Assembly: GCA_963803645.1 (NCBI GenBank)
Contig: CAWDNK010000006.1
Span: 40,205 to 104,204, forward strand
Direction: 5' to 3'
From: an uncultured Acidobacteriaceae bacterium
Lineage (GTDB): Bacteria; Acidobacteriota; Terriglobia; Terriglobales; Acidobacteriaceae
Length of the DNA: 64,000 nt
This document shows positions 44,903-55,600 of this stretch, piece after piece (within the stretch, counting starts at the first letter, position 1; the number at the start of each line of letters is the position of its first letter). The notes under the pieces are model-generated. The model made no database searches. It was given only the letters and a program-made list of their open reading frames with translations, and was not told the DNA's origin. Position numbers and translations under genes: made by a program.

Positions 44903-46348
44903 TTAGCGGCTACCGACCATCCCCCGCACCGACTCAATCAGCTTCGCCGAGTCATAGCCGATGCCGTCTTTGAACACGGTCTCGACTTTCTCGATGTCTT
45001 CAATCTGCTTGGATGGGTCGCCCTTGATCACCACCAGGTCAGACTGCTTGCCCGCCGCGATGGTGCCGATGCGATCGAGGTCGCCCATAAATTGCGCTCC
45101 GTTGTAGGTCGCAATGTGAATCGCCTCTAGCGGCGTGAAACCTGCCTCCACCAGTAGTTCAACCTCGCGCTGATCGCCAAAGCCCGCGATGATCCCTCCC
45201 ATCCCGGTCGGATCGAGCCCCGCGAGCAGCGTTCCGCCCGCTTTTGCAAATGCGTGCTCGAACTCCATCTCTTTCTTGAACGCGGTGGGCCATGGCGACG
45301 AATCGCTGTGATAGCGCTGCCGGATTGCATTCGTGTCACTCGCCCGCACCTTATTGTTGAGCACCGCACTGCGCGCGTCCGCCGTCAGCGCGTCGAGAAT
45401 CCGCTGCTGAATTGGCGGACGCCCTGGCACGCTCATCTCGAATACCGGGAGCGTTGAAGTAACCGCAACATGGTGCTGAACCAGATCGACAATCATGTCG
45501 TGCACGGGGCCGCTCTCCACATCCAGCTTCGAAATCAACTCGTAATCGGATTTCCCCGGACACTCCCCTGCTTTCTTCCACGGATAGAATTCCGTATCCA
45601 CCAGCAGTCCGTGTTCCAGATCGTCAATGCCGATCGCCGCTGCCTCGCGAAAGCCGATCGAGCACAAATGCCCAGTCACTTTCGCGCCGCGCTTGTGGGC
45701 CGCAACGACTGCCGCCGAAAGCTCGGCGGGCGTAATAAACATGTACGCTTTAAAGTTGTCGACCCCCTCATCCATCCAGAAATTGACCGTCTTGGTCGCG
45801 TCGTCCGGCCCGGTCAGCTGATGCATCTGCAATGCAAAAGTCCCAGGGCCCTCCAGATACGGCCCGGTCACGTGGATCTTCGGCCCAGGCGTCTGACCGC
45901 CGTCAATCTGCTTTTTGAGTTCGAGATCGGTATAAGGCTCGAGCGCTCCAGTGGTGCGAATTGTTGTGACGCCTCCCGCCAGGTACAAGCGCGGGAAGCT
46001 ATATGCCATCTCGCCAAAGATCGCATTGCCCATTGGATAAAAGAGGTGGTCATGCATGCCCACCAGCCCCGGAATCACGCTATATCCGTGCAGATCGAGC
46101 ACCTGCGCATCTTTGGGAATGTCGGCTGAAGCCGCTTCGCCAACCGACTCGATCTTCCCGTGAGCGATCACTATGGTCTGGTCTTCACGCGCGGCGGCGC
46201 CCGTTCCGTCGATCACGCGCACATGCGTGAGCGCAATCACGGGAGCGTCCGTCTTGACGAATCCGCGCACCTGCGGCGAGAGAGTTTGTGCAACCAGAAC
46301 GAGGGGACAGAGAAGTGCCACAAGAATGGGATAGATGATTTTGCGCAT
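44903..46348 (-). CDS. Amidohydrolase family protein (metal-dependent hydrolase), secreted
   Basis: ...VIDGTGAAAREDQTIVIAHGKIESVG...VIPGLVGMHDHLF... (HxH metal motif). Signal peptide from MRKIIYPILVALL (46348). Confidence 0.8.
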   Translation of the reverse strand: MRKIIYPILVALLCPLVLVAQTLSPQVRGFVKTDAPVIALTHVRVIDGTGAAAREDQTIVIAHGKIESVGEAASADIPKDAQVLDLHGYSVIPGLVGMHDHLFYPMGNAIFGEMAYSFPRLYLAGGVTTIRTTGALEPYTDLELKKQIDGGQTPGPKIHVTGPYLEGPGTFALQMHQLTGPDDATKTVNFWMDEGVDNFKAYMFITPAELSAAVVAAHKRGAKVTGHLCSIGFREAAAIGIDDLEHGLLVDTEFYPWKKAGECPGKSDYELISKLDVESGPVHDMIVDLVQHHVAVTSTLPVFEMSVPGRPPIQQRILDALTADARSAVLNNKVRASDTNAIRQRYHSDSSPWPTAFKKEMEFEHAFAKAGGTLLAGLDPTGMGGIIAGFGDQREVELLVEAGFTPLEAIHIATYNGAQFMGDLDRIGTIAAGKQSDLVVIKGDPSKQIEDIEKVETVFKDGIGYDSAKLIESVRGMVGSR

Positions 46349-46576
46349 GATCCTTCCTTCCGAAACTCCAGGCCAGGATTTTACCGGAGAACGGCTGAGG
46401 GAAAGTGGAATCCTGGCTAGACGAGCCGGTTCACAAGAGTACGCAAGCGTCATCCACGCCGCAAGACCACAAAAAACGAAGGGCCCTCAGCCGCGCTGCG
46501 AAGGCGCGACCGAGAGCCACCGTTCCCCATGACGGAGGGAAAAACGACTTCGAAGAAAACGACTACCGAACGATTG

Positions 46577-47179
46577 CTACTGAATCTTTTCTGTCTTGCT
46601 GTCGTACTTGACGTTGCCGTTTTGATCGTTCTGTCGAGTTACATCTTGATTCGTGTAGGCGTGCTTACCCGGCCCAGGGCCCTTGGCCGCGCTGGCGACG
46701 TCAGCCGTGTGCTCCGCGCCGGAGAAATAGATCCACTCGGCGCGCTTCTCATGCCGCCCCTCGCGGTTCATTTCGCCGCGCTCTTCCCCCATACCCATTC
46801 CGTAGCCCCTTGGGCCGTGCATCATGCCCGGCTCAGGCTCGCGCGGCACTGGCCAAGTGCTCACCTCAGGCGCGATCAACGGCGAACCGCCTTGATACCA
46901 CACCGCCACTGTGTAATCCGAGCTTGTGAATCCCTCCGGCATTTCTGATGCGGTCGCATTGGTCGCGCCGGCGACCAGGCCGGTCGTGGCATTCGACGCG
47001 CCCACCGGATTCGGTGAGACGGTTTCGAACGAGAGCATGGGTGTGGTGATGAGCGGCGCATATGTGGATGAGTAGTCATATCCGCCAAAAAATCGCTGCC
47101 GGGCGCGAGGATGGGGTTCCTGGGCAAAAGCTGTAACAGCAATCAGAACTACAGCGCACAAAGCAAAATAGGGTCGCAT
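46577..47179 (-). CDS. Secreted hypothetical protein
   Basis: SD GGAGG lies before ATG 47179. Signal peptide MRPYFALCAVVLIAVTAFAQ. No known motif. Confidence 0.6.
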   Translation of the reverse strand: MRPYFALCAVVLIAVTAFAQEPHPRARQRFFGGYDYSSTYAPLITTPMLSFETVSPNPVGASNATTGLVAGATNATASEMPEGFTSSDYTVAVWYQGGSPLIAPEVSTWPVPREPEPGMMHGPRGYGMGMGEERGEMNREGRHEKRAEWIYFSGAEHTADVASAAKGPGPGKHAYTNQDVTRQNDQNGNVKYDSKTEKIQ

Positions 47180-47512
47180 ACTGCCTCCACGAACGAAACT
47201 GCACTGGCCAATCTGATGCAGTTTGCGTGCCAGTCGCGCGGAGGCCCGCCAAAACCCGTGATCCTCGGGCATTTCGGGCGGTACAGGGTAAAGACCGGCC
47301 AAGACCCGGTGATTCGCCCGCGGCCCTGGAAGGCCGCCGGTGAAAACTCATGCGCACAACCTGCAGCCAGATGCAGCCACCAGCGAACGTTTTGGAGTAA
47401 TAAGGAGGACAGATGTGTTGGAGCGACCGTCATGGTGAACGAGATGAGTGTTAAGAAAAATGACGAGAACAGCGATCAGAAACAGCAATCAGAACGAAGA
47501 ATGAGCAGACCT

Positions 47513-48544
47513 CTAGCTCCCGATATACCGGGCATAAAGGCTGCGCGCAATCGCCGTGTCCGTCGTGCCTTTGACGATCGCCCGGCCATCCGGAAAAAGC
47601 GTGATCTCGTACGGCTCCCGCCAGAATTTCAACACAAAGCCGTTATGGCGCACGCCCCCTAGCGGTTGCAGGCGCGAACTGATTTCGGCAAAATCCACTG
47701 GCCTTTCGCGCTCGTGAATCTGCACCGAATTTCGTCCGCAGAGCGTGATGTGAGGCCTGCCCTCCCCGGCCAGATGCGCGAAGTCCCGCTCGCCGCACAC
47801 CCTGCATCCCGTGCGTGGCGAAGCCGCAGCGACTTCGGCATGCTCGTTCGCCCACGCATCCCACGAGAGCAGAGTGCGCCGCATCTTCCCGCGCGCGCCC
47901 ACCAAAAGCTTCAGCGCCTCGGTCGCGGCGATCGAAGCCACCAGGTTGACAGCGGAATTTAAAATGCCCGCCGTTTCGCAAGTCTCAAGCGCACCACGCG
48001 GCGGCTGCGGGAAAACGCATGCCAGGCAAGCCGTCTCGCCGGGCAGCACGTTCATGGTTACGGCATAGCTGCCGACCGCCGCCGCATAAATCCAGGGAAG
48101 GGAATTCTTCACCGCATAGTCATTGATCAGGTAGCGCGTTTCGAAATTATCCGTGCCATCCAGAATCAGGTTGGCTGCGCCCAGCAGAACATCCGCGTTC
48201 TGCGGGATCAGGTCGGCGACCTGCGGATCAACCACAATCTCAGAGTTGAAGCGCGCAATCTGTCTTGCGGCCGCGATCGCCTTCGGCACCGACTCGCGGG
48301 CATCGTTCTCGTCAAAGAGCGGTTGCCGCTGGAGGTTGCTCGGTTCAACGTAATCGCGGTCGACGATGCGAAGCGTTCCCACCCCGGCGCGAGCCAAAAG
48401 CGAGGCCAGAACCGAGCCGGTGGCGCCGCAGCCGACGATCACAACGCGCGCCCGTGAAAGCTTGCCCTGTCCCTCCGCGCCAATCTCCTGAAACAGAACC
48501 TGGCGAGAATAGCGGTCTTCTGTGGTCGAGATGCCCATGATCAA
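47513..48544 (-). CDS. ThiF/MoeB/HesA family E1-like adenylyltransferase (long form with C-terminal domain, as I recall for Bacillus-type ThiF)
   Basis: YSRQ..., nucleotide loop VVIVGCGATGS, DRDYVEPSNLQRQ, CxxC pairs (CLAC, CRVC), and a C-terminal ...LFPDGRAIVKGTTD...YARYIG. Confidence 0.8.
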   Translation of the reverse strand: MIMGISTTEDRYSRQVLFQEIGAEGQGKLSRARVVIVGCGATGSVLASLLARAGVGTLRIVDRDYVEPSNLQRQPLFDENDARESVPKAIAAARQIARFNSEIVVDPQVADLIPQNADVLLGAANLILDGTDNFETRYLINDYAVKNSLPWIYAAAVGSYAVTMNVLPGETACLACVFPQPPRGALETCETAGILNSAVNLVASIAATEALKLLVGARGKMRRTLLSWDAWANEHAEVAAASPRTGCRVCGERDFAHLAGEGRPHITLCGRNSVQIHERERPVDFAEISSRLQPLGGVRHNGFVLKFWREPYEITLFPDGRAIVKGTTDTAIARSLYARYIGS

Positions 48545-48656
48545 GATGCCGCTCCCAAACTCGCAACCGGTGCCGTCCGTTCCAAAGCGATTACCTTTCG
48601 TAAGCCTTTAAACCTTTATTATAGGTTGCGGTCCTCAAACTTCATCCGAGCAACGC

Positions 48657-51600
48657 GTGGCAATGATCCGTTCATCGAATCCGAAGGGTTCAGTGTTCGA
48701 CGAGCGGGCGGCGGGAAGGGAGATTTTGCCAAGAAAAAACGCCGTGCGACCCGCGATCTTCCCGCTGAAGATCTTCCAGCTGATATTGCCCCTGCTGGTA
48801 CTCGTATTCACCATGGGAGTCAGTCCGGCGTGGCCAGCGCAGGCCGCGCAAGCTCCTGTCGCCGAACAGCCTGAAGAATCGACGTCCCAGTTCGGCGCCA
48901 TTACTCCCTATCTTGGGTTAACCATCGACGAGATTGACCTGCCCGGCGTCCCGCAGGACGAAGCCGTCCTGCTCGTCGCGCAAACGCCGCTCAAAGTAGG
49001 CGAGCCGCTCACCCGCGATACCCTGCGTGACGCCATCAAAGATCTGTTCGGCACCGGCCGCTTCGCCGACATTCAGGCCGAAGTGAATCGCACCGAGACG
49101 GCCGGCATTCGGCTCCGCTTCATTACCGTGGCCAATTACTTCGTCGGCATCATTACCGTCGACGGGGCTTCCACCAACCCGTCTCCCACGCAGCTCACCA
49201 GCGCCACCCGCCTTCAATTAGGCGAGCTCTATACAAAGGAGAAGCTCGATACCGCCCTCGCCGGCATGCAGCGAATCCTCAGTGAGAACGGCTATCACCA
49301 GCCGAAAATCAGCACCCACGAACAGCATGATGACGTGCAGCACCAGGTCAACCTGACTTTCTCTGTCGTCCTCGGGCCGCGCGCCGTGGTTGGAGAAGTC
49401 ATCGTCGAAGGTGATGCTAGTTACTCCCGCGCCGAGATCAAGGACATCGCAAAGATGCACTCCGGCGACCCTGTAATCTCCAGCCGGATGACTCGCGCTT
49501 TGCAGCGCATTCGGTCCCGCTACCAAAAGCAGGACCGCCTTCTGGCGCAGGTTTCGCTGGCCAATTCCTACTACCATCCCGAACGCAATGCGGTCGACTA
49601 CACCTTCCAGATCGACCGCGGCCCAGTGGTCGAGATTGCCGCCGACGGTTTCAAGCTCAGCCAGCGCACGCTGCGGCGCCTCGTTCCCATCTATCAGGAA
49701 GGCGCGGTCGACGAAGACCTGCTGAACGAAGGCTCCCGAGCCATCCAGAATCACATTCAGGCGCAAGGATATTTCGAGGCCACGGTTTCCGTGAGCCAGC
49801 ACACCGCAGCCGACAACAAAAGTCTGCGCATCACTTACACCATTAATCCGGGAGATCGCCACAAGCTCGCCGCCATCCGCATCTCCGGCAACGTGTATTT
49901 TCCAGAGGAGCTGATCCGCAATCATTTGCAAGACCAGTCCGCCGGGCGCTTTTTCAGTCACGGCCGCTACAGTCAGGCGCTGCTCGACCAGGATGTCGCC
50001 AATATTCAAGGCCTGTATCGAGCCAGCGGATTCCGCCAAGCTGAGGTCACTGGCAAGCTCATTACCAATTACCAACACGATCCGTCGCTCCTCGCCATCG
50101 ACATCGTCATCAAGGAGGGTCCGCAGACCCGCGTCGCGTGGGTGCGCATCGAAGGGAATTACACGGTGCCCGAAGATCAGCTTCCCGAAATCTCCACCGC
50201 CGAGGGTCAGGGCTTCGACGAATCAACGCTGGCCGCGGATCGCGACCTGATTCTCGGCAAGTACTTCAACAACGGCTTTTCAACCGCTGTCATTGATGTT
50301 GCCTACGTCGCCGCGCCTTCCGGCCCGGATGGCTTGCCGCGCGTCGGCGTCACCTTCACCATCCACGAGGGCGAACAGTTCTTTACAAGCCAGGTTTTCG
50401 TGGACGGTCTCCACTACACGCGTCCGGGAGTCGCCCGCCGCGAACTCCGCGTGCATCAGGGTGAGCCGTTAAGCCAGAGCGACCTGATCGAGACCCAGCG
50501 CCGTTTGTACGATTTGGGACTGTTCAGCGAAGTTGACGCCGCAATCCAGAATCCCGACGGCACCGAATCGCGCAAAAATGTTGTCGTCGCCGCGCGCGAA
50601 GCCAAACGATATACCTTCGATTACGGCGGCGGCTTCGAATTTCAAACTGGGCAGCCGGCGGTCGGCGCCAACCAGCCGCTCGGCCAGACCGGCATCAGCC
50701 CGCGCGGTTTGTTTGCCATCAATCGCACCAACGTTGGCGGCCGTGATCAGACCCTCACCTTTAAGGGCAACGTTGGGCGGCTTCAGCAAAGAGCGCTCAT
50801 CAATTACGACATTCCGAAGCTGCTGAACCGCCAGGATCTTCATCTCTCGTTCACGGTCTTCTATGACAACACAGTGGATGTCGCGACCTTCACCTCCCAG
50901 CGCCTGGAGGCCAGCCTCCGCAACTTGCAGGTCCTCTTCCGCCGCAACGACCGCGACCTGACCACAATCTCTTATGGCTTCACCTACCGCCGCGTGGAGG
51001 CTTCAAATCTTGAGGTAGAGAGCGATCTGATTCCGCTGCTCTCCAAACCGACGCGCGTCGGCTCGCCCAATTTTCTTTATGTTCGCAATCGCCGCGATAA
51101 CGATTTGGAAACAACTCGCGGCAGCTATACCTCCGTCGAAGGAGGTGTAGCCGCTGGCGCCTTCGGTTCGGAGGCCGACTTCAGCCGAATATTGATGAAG
51201 AACTCAACTTACTACTCGTTTGGCCGCAATCCGGTGACGGGACGACGATTCGTCTTTGCGCGTTCCACCACCGTCGGAATCGAAAATCCGTTTGGCAACA
51301 CCGTCGTGCAAGACCCTGACCAGACAGCGACCGCGAACGAGTCCCTCATTCCGTTGCCTGAGCGCTTCTACAGCGGCGGCGGCAACTCTAATCGTGGATT
51401 TGGATTGAACCAAGCTGGCCCACGCGACCCGATAACGGGGTATCCCGTGGGCGGGAGTGCGGTTTTTCTGAATAATCTCGAACTGCGGTTTCCGAACGTC
51501 ACCGTTCCATACCTTCACGACAGCATCGGCTTTACGATTTTTCATGACATGGGCAATGTTTTTGCGCGCCCGCAGGAAATGCTTCCCAGCATCGGCCGGT

Positions 51601-51881
51601 TCCATCAGCCCGACCGCCAGGCTTGCTTCCAGCCCCTGCCGCAAGGCGTGATCTCAACCTGCAACTACAACTACGTCTCGCACGCCGTCGGAATCGGTGT
51701 TCGGTATCAAACGCCGATTGGTCCATTGACCTTTGACTTCGGATACAATCTGAACCCGCCAGCCTTTCCGAGCTACACTAATATAACGATCAACAAGGTC
51801 AATAATCAGGAGACTGGCATCTGGGGCGTTCAACAGGCGTCACATTTCAATTTCTCCTTTAACGTGGGACAGTCCTTCTAA
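48657..51881 (+). CDS. bamA: Outer membrane protein assembly factor BamA (Omp85 family, extended POTRA array)
   Basis: Signal peptide, several POTRA units, and a C-terminal 16-strand-type barrel ending ...FNFSFNVGQSF (terminal aromatic). GTG 48657 or ATG 48663 start. Confidence 0.88.
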   Translation: MAMIRSSNPKGSVFDERAAGREILPRKNAVRPAIFPLKIFQLILPLLVLVFTMGVSPAWPAQAAQAPVAEQPEESTSQFGAITPYLGLTIDEIDLPGVPQDEAVLLVAQTPLKVGEPLTRDTLRDAIKDLFGTGRFADIQAEVNRTETAGIRLRFITVANYFVGIITVDGASTNPSPTQLTSATRLQLGELYTKEKLDTALAGMQRILSENGYHQPKISTHEQHDDVQHQVNLTFSVVLGPRAVVGEVIVEGDASYSRAEIKDIAKMHSGDPVISSRMTRALQRIRSRYQKQDRLLAQVSLANSYYHPERNAVDYTFQIDRGPVVEIAADGFKLSQRTLRRLVPIYQEGAVDEDLLNEGSRAIQNHIQAQGYFEATVSVSQHTAADNKSLRITYTINPGDRHKLAAIRISGNVYFPEELIRNHLQDQSAGRFFSHGRYSQALLDQDVANIQGLYRASGFRQAEVTGKLITNYQHDPSLLAIDIVIKEGPQTRVAWVRIEGNYTVPEDQLPEISTAEGQGFDESTLAADRDLILGKYFNNGFSTAVIDVAYVAAPSGPDGLPRVGVTFTIHEGEQFFTSQVFVDGLHYTRPGVARRELRVHQGEPLSQSDLIETQRRLYDLGLFSEVDAAIQNPDGTESRKNVVVAAREAKRYTFDYGGGFEFQTGQPAVGANQPLGQTGISPRGLFAINRTNVGGRDQTLTFKGNVGRLQQRALINYDIPKLLNRQDLHLSFTVFYDNTVDVATFTSQRLEASLRNLQVLFRRNDRDLTTISYGFTYRRVEASNLEVESDLIPLLSKPTRVGSPNFLYVRNRRDNDLETTRGSYTSVEGGVAAGAFGSEADFSRILMKNSTYYSFGRNPVTGRRFVFARSTTVGIENPFGNTVVQDPDQTATANESLIPLPERFYSGGGNSNRGFGLNQAGPRDPITGYPVGGSAVFLNNLELRFPNVTVPYLHDSIGFTIFHDMGNVFARPQEMLPSIGRFHQPDRQACFQPLPQGVISTCNYNYVSHAVGIGVRYQTPIGPLTFDFGYNLNPPAFPSYTNITINKVNNQETGIWGVQQASHFNFSFNVGQSF

Positions 51882-52633
51882 TGAAACGCGGGCCGATAAA
51901 TCTCCGGCGAATAAAATTCCGGCGCACGCTCTCTCCGAAGCTCCGCGTCTTGGCCGCCCTGCTCGGGTTCATATTGCCCGCCTTCATATTGATTGTGTTC
52001 ATGCTGCCGATCTCCGCCGCGGCTGGCCCAATCGTCGATCGCGTCGTCGCCAACGTCAACGGCCATGTCGTCTTGCAGAGCGACTGGGAAGAAGAGGTTT
52101 CATTTGAGGCGTTCGAGGACGGCAAGGATCCCGCCTCTTTCACCGACGTCGAGCGCAAGGCCGCGCTCGATCGGCTGATCGATCAGGAATTGCTGCGCGA
52201 GCAGGTTCGCCCCTCGCAGCCCGCGCCGCCTGACCAGGTCGCGTCGCGCGTCGCCGAAGTCCGCAAACTGCAACCGAATTGTTCCACTGAGGAAGCCTGG
52301 CGCTCCGCCTTGAAGCGCTACGGCCTCACGCAAAAGGACCTCGAAACGCGCCTCAGCAACCAGATTCAACTGATGAAGCTTGTTGAAGACCGGCTCCGTC
52401 CCTCCGTCCACATCGATCAGCAGGCCGTCGAAGGCTACTACCGCGATCAGTTGTTGCCGGAACTGAAAAAGGCTGGCGCACAGGCCAAGCCCCTGACCGA
52501 AGTCTACGGTCGAATCAGGACTCTCCTGGCGGAGAAAAAACTGAATGAACTGCTGACCGGCTGGCTCACGAGCCTGCGCACCGAGGGCCACATCCTCACC
52601 CCTGACGCGAAATCCGGAGAGCAGAACCGTTGA
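51881..52633 (+). CDS. SurA N-terminal-domain-like periplasmic chaperone (no parvulin domain seen)
   Basis: TM/signal segment, then IVDRVVANVNGHVVLQSDWEEE...LDRLIDQELLREQ, typical of the SurA_N fold. Its ATG overlaps the bamA stop (TAATG). Confidence 0.55.
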   Translation: MKRGPINLRRIKFRRTLSPKLRVLAALLGFILPAFILIVFMLPISAAAGPIVDRVVANVNGHVVLQSDWEEEVSFEAFEDGKDPASFTDVERKAALDRLIDQELLREQVRPSQPAPPDQVASRVAEVRKLQPNCSTEEAWRSALKRYGLTQKDLETRLSNQIQLMKLVEDRLRPSVHIDQQAVEGYYRDQLLPELKKAGAQAKPLTEVYGRIRTLLAEKKLNELLTGWLTSLRTEGHILTPDAKSGEQNR

Positions 52634-55600
52634 GCGAGCAGCCCGCTCCTCCAGTACGTCGCCGCATCCTGCGAAATTTGGTGCTGTCCTTCTGCGCGTT
52701 TTCTGTTCTTGCTATCGCCTTGATCGGCTGGTGGGTGACCACCGACTCTTTTCAGCAGCGCATGCGCCGTCGCGTCATCGCGGAGCTCGAGCAGGCAACC
52801 GGAGGCCGCGTCGAACTCGGCGAGTTGCACACCATTCCGTTTCGCCTGCGCGTCGACGCCCGCAATCTCACCATTCACGGCCGCGAGGCCGCCGATCAGG
52901 CGCCCTTTCTGCAAGTTGAGCGTATACAGGCCGAGCTGAAGATCATCTCGTTATTCGAAACCTCGATTGGCCTGCATTCCCTCGTGCTCGAGCGTCCAGT
53001 CTTCCATGTTATTGCCTATCCCGACGGCACGACCAACATCCCCACGCCCTCGGTCAAGCTTGCTTCCAACCGCACCGCGGTCGAACACCTGATTTCGCTC
53101 TCGGTCGCGCGCATCGAGGCGCACGACGGCCGCTTGTTGTGGCAAAACCAAAATGTGCCTTTCGAATTCACCGGTGGCAATCTCGCATTGCTCCTCGATT
53201 ACTCTCTGCTGCGCCAGCACTATGAAGCACACCTCACCGCCGGGACCGTGCAGACAAAGTGGGATGGATACGCTGAGTTTGTCTGGAGCGCGGATGCCTC
53301 TGTAGTTCTGGCACGGCATCACGCCGACATCAAAGACGTCACCTTTAAATCCGGACATTCCGAGGTACATTTTGTCGGAACGCTCGAAAACTATAGCGAT
53401 CCGCAAATCGCCGGCCAATACCGCGGATCCGTCGACCTCGGCGAGTTAGCCGCCGTCGTCCGCGGACCGCACCTGCGCCAGGGAACCGCACAGTTCACCG
53501 GTAAAGGCAGCTGGAATTTGCGTACCTTTGCGACCGACGGAAATCTGGAGGCGAAAGGGATCGAATGGTCAGACGGGAAAAAGCTCTCGCTGCGCGATGG
53601 CCGTGTGCTCGCCGTATTTGCGCTCGACCCGGTGCGCCTGCGCGTCCCGGCGCTGAAGGCAAACCTGCTCGGCGGTAATGTCGCCGGTGATTTGGAGATA
53701 ACGAACTGGGAGACGCTCATCGAATCGTTGCCAGTCATCCCGCGTCGCGTTAATTCGCGCGCCGCCGCAAACTTGCCGCGCGGCTCGATCCGCCTTCAGG
53801 TGGCGGGCATCCCGATTACTCCCGCCCTCGATGCCCTTAGCTCACCGAGGCTTCCCCTCGATCGTCTCAGCTTCGTGGCGAATGCCAGTGGCGCGCTCGA
53901 TCTCACCTGGGTCGGTTCAATCCGCGATTCCGAAACCCGTATGAAGCTCGATCTCTCTGCGCCGTCGCGGCTCGTCGCTGAGGGAATTCCCGTCACCGGA
54001 AAAGTCGAGGGCATCTACCACGCCTCCCGTGATGAGCTCGATTTAACCGCGTCGCACGTAACGACCTCCAGTTCCGAGATTCAGGCCGCAGGCAGCCTGT
54101 CGGAGAATTCCGCGCTTCACTTCTCGATCTCCACCCACAACATAAAAGAGTGGACACCGCTCATCGAAGCCGCCTACGGATCGCCGCAATTGCCCCTCGC
54201 TGTTCACGGCTTCGCCACTCTCGCCGGTAACGCGAGCGGCCATCTCTCGGCAATTTCGTTCAACGGAAATCTCGAGCTCTACGACTTCGAGACACTCCTG
54301 CCCGCGACTCGGCGAACTCCCGCTGAAGCCATCCATTGGGACGCGCTCTCAACCGCGCTCCAGTATTCCAGCAGCAGCATCTCTGCCCACAACGGATCCC
54401 TGATCCACGGCCATGCCCTCGCGCATTTCGATGCGAGCGCAACCCTTACCGGCGGTGAGCTCCAGGAGAACTCTCCCTTCACCATCCACCTCGACCTTCT
54501 AAAAGGCGATGTCGCCGAGTTCGCTCGTCTGGCCGGAGTCGACCGGCCGCTCGCTGGCACTCTTAACATGACGGTCAATCTTTCAGGATCGCGAGGCAAT
54601 CCTCAGGGCGACGGCCATTTTGAAGTGCGCGACGGCCAAGCCTATGGCGTCGCCATTCCTTCCGCCAAGGGCGACCTGCGCCTCGCCAACGACGAACTGC
54701 AATTCAATAACATCGAGGCGCGAGCCTATGATGCCTTGCTCTCCGCCAGCGGCGGCATCAGCACGACCACCGATTCATTTCACCTCAGCCTCTCCGGCCA
54801 AAACCTCAACCTCCTCCATTTCCCGCGCCTCCAGTCCACCCGCTTCACCATGGATGGCGTCATTGATTTTTCGGCTATCGTCAGCGGCACTCCGCAAGAG
54901 CCGTCGCTTGAACTCCACGCGCGCCTCAAAGACCTCGCTCTCGATCAGCAACGTGCCGGCGATTTCTTCGTCGATGCGGTGACCACGGGACACCAGCTCG
55001 ATATCAAAGCGCATTCCGCTTTCGGCGCCTCCGGCTTGAATATTGCCGGTACGATCGGCCTCCAGAAAGATTTTCCCGCCGACCTCAAGCTCGATTTCCA
55101 CGACCTCGATGTCGTCTCGCTGCTCAGTATTTACCTGCCGGGAGATATTACCGGCCGCTCCCCCATGGACGGCACGATGCAACTGCGTGGTCCGTTGCGT
55201 TTCCCGCAACAATGGAAGGCTGCCGCCGAATTAAGTGGCTTCAGTGCGGAAGTCGAGAAGGTCCAGGTGCACAGCGTCGAGCCTGTCAGATTTCAAGTAG
55301 TCGATCAGACGCTCATCATCGAAGCCTTTCACCTCGGCGGCAGCGGTACCGACTTCACGGCGCATGGTCGGGCGCATCTAGCGGGCGCGCAAGAGATTGA
55401 TCTGGGCCTCGACGGCACCATCAACATGACCCTCTGGCAATCGCTGAATCCAAAAATTCTGGCCCGCGGCACGCTCGGCGTGAACCTCAATGCGAGCGGC
55501 AGTTTTCAGCAGCCCGTCTTGCAAGGCCGCCTGGACGTAAAAAACACCTTTCTCAGTCACCGCGATTTTCCGAGCGGCCTCAGCGATCTGAACGGCGTCC

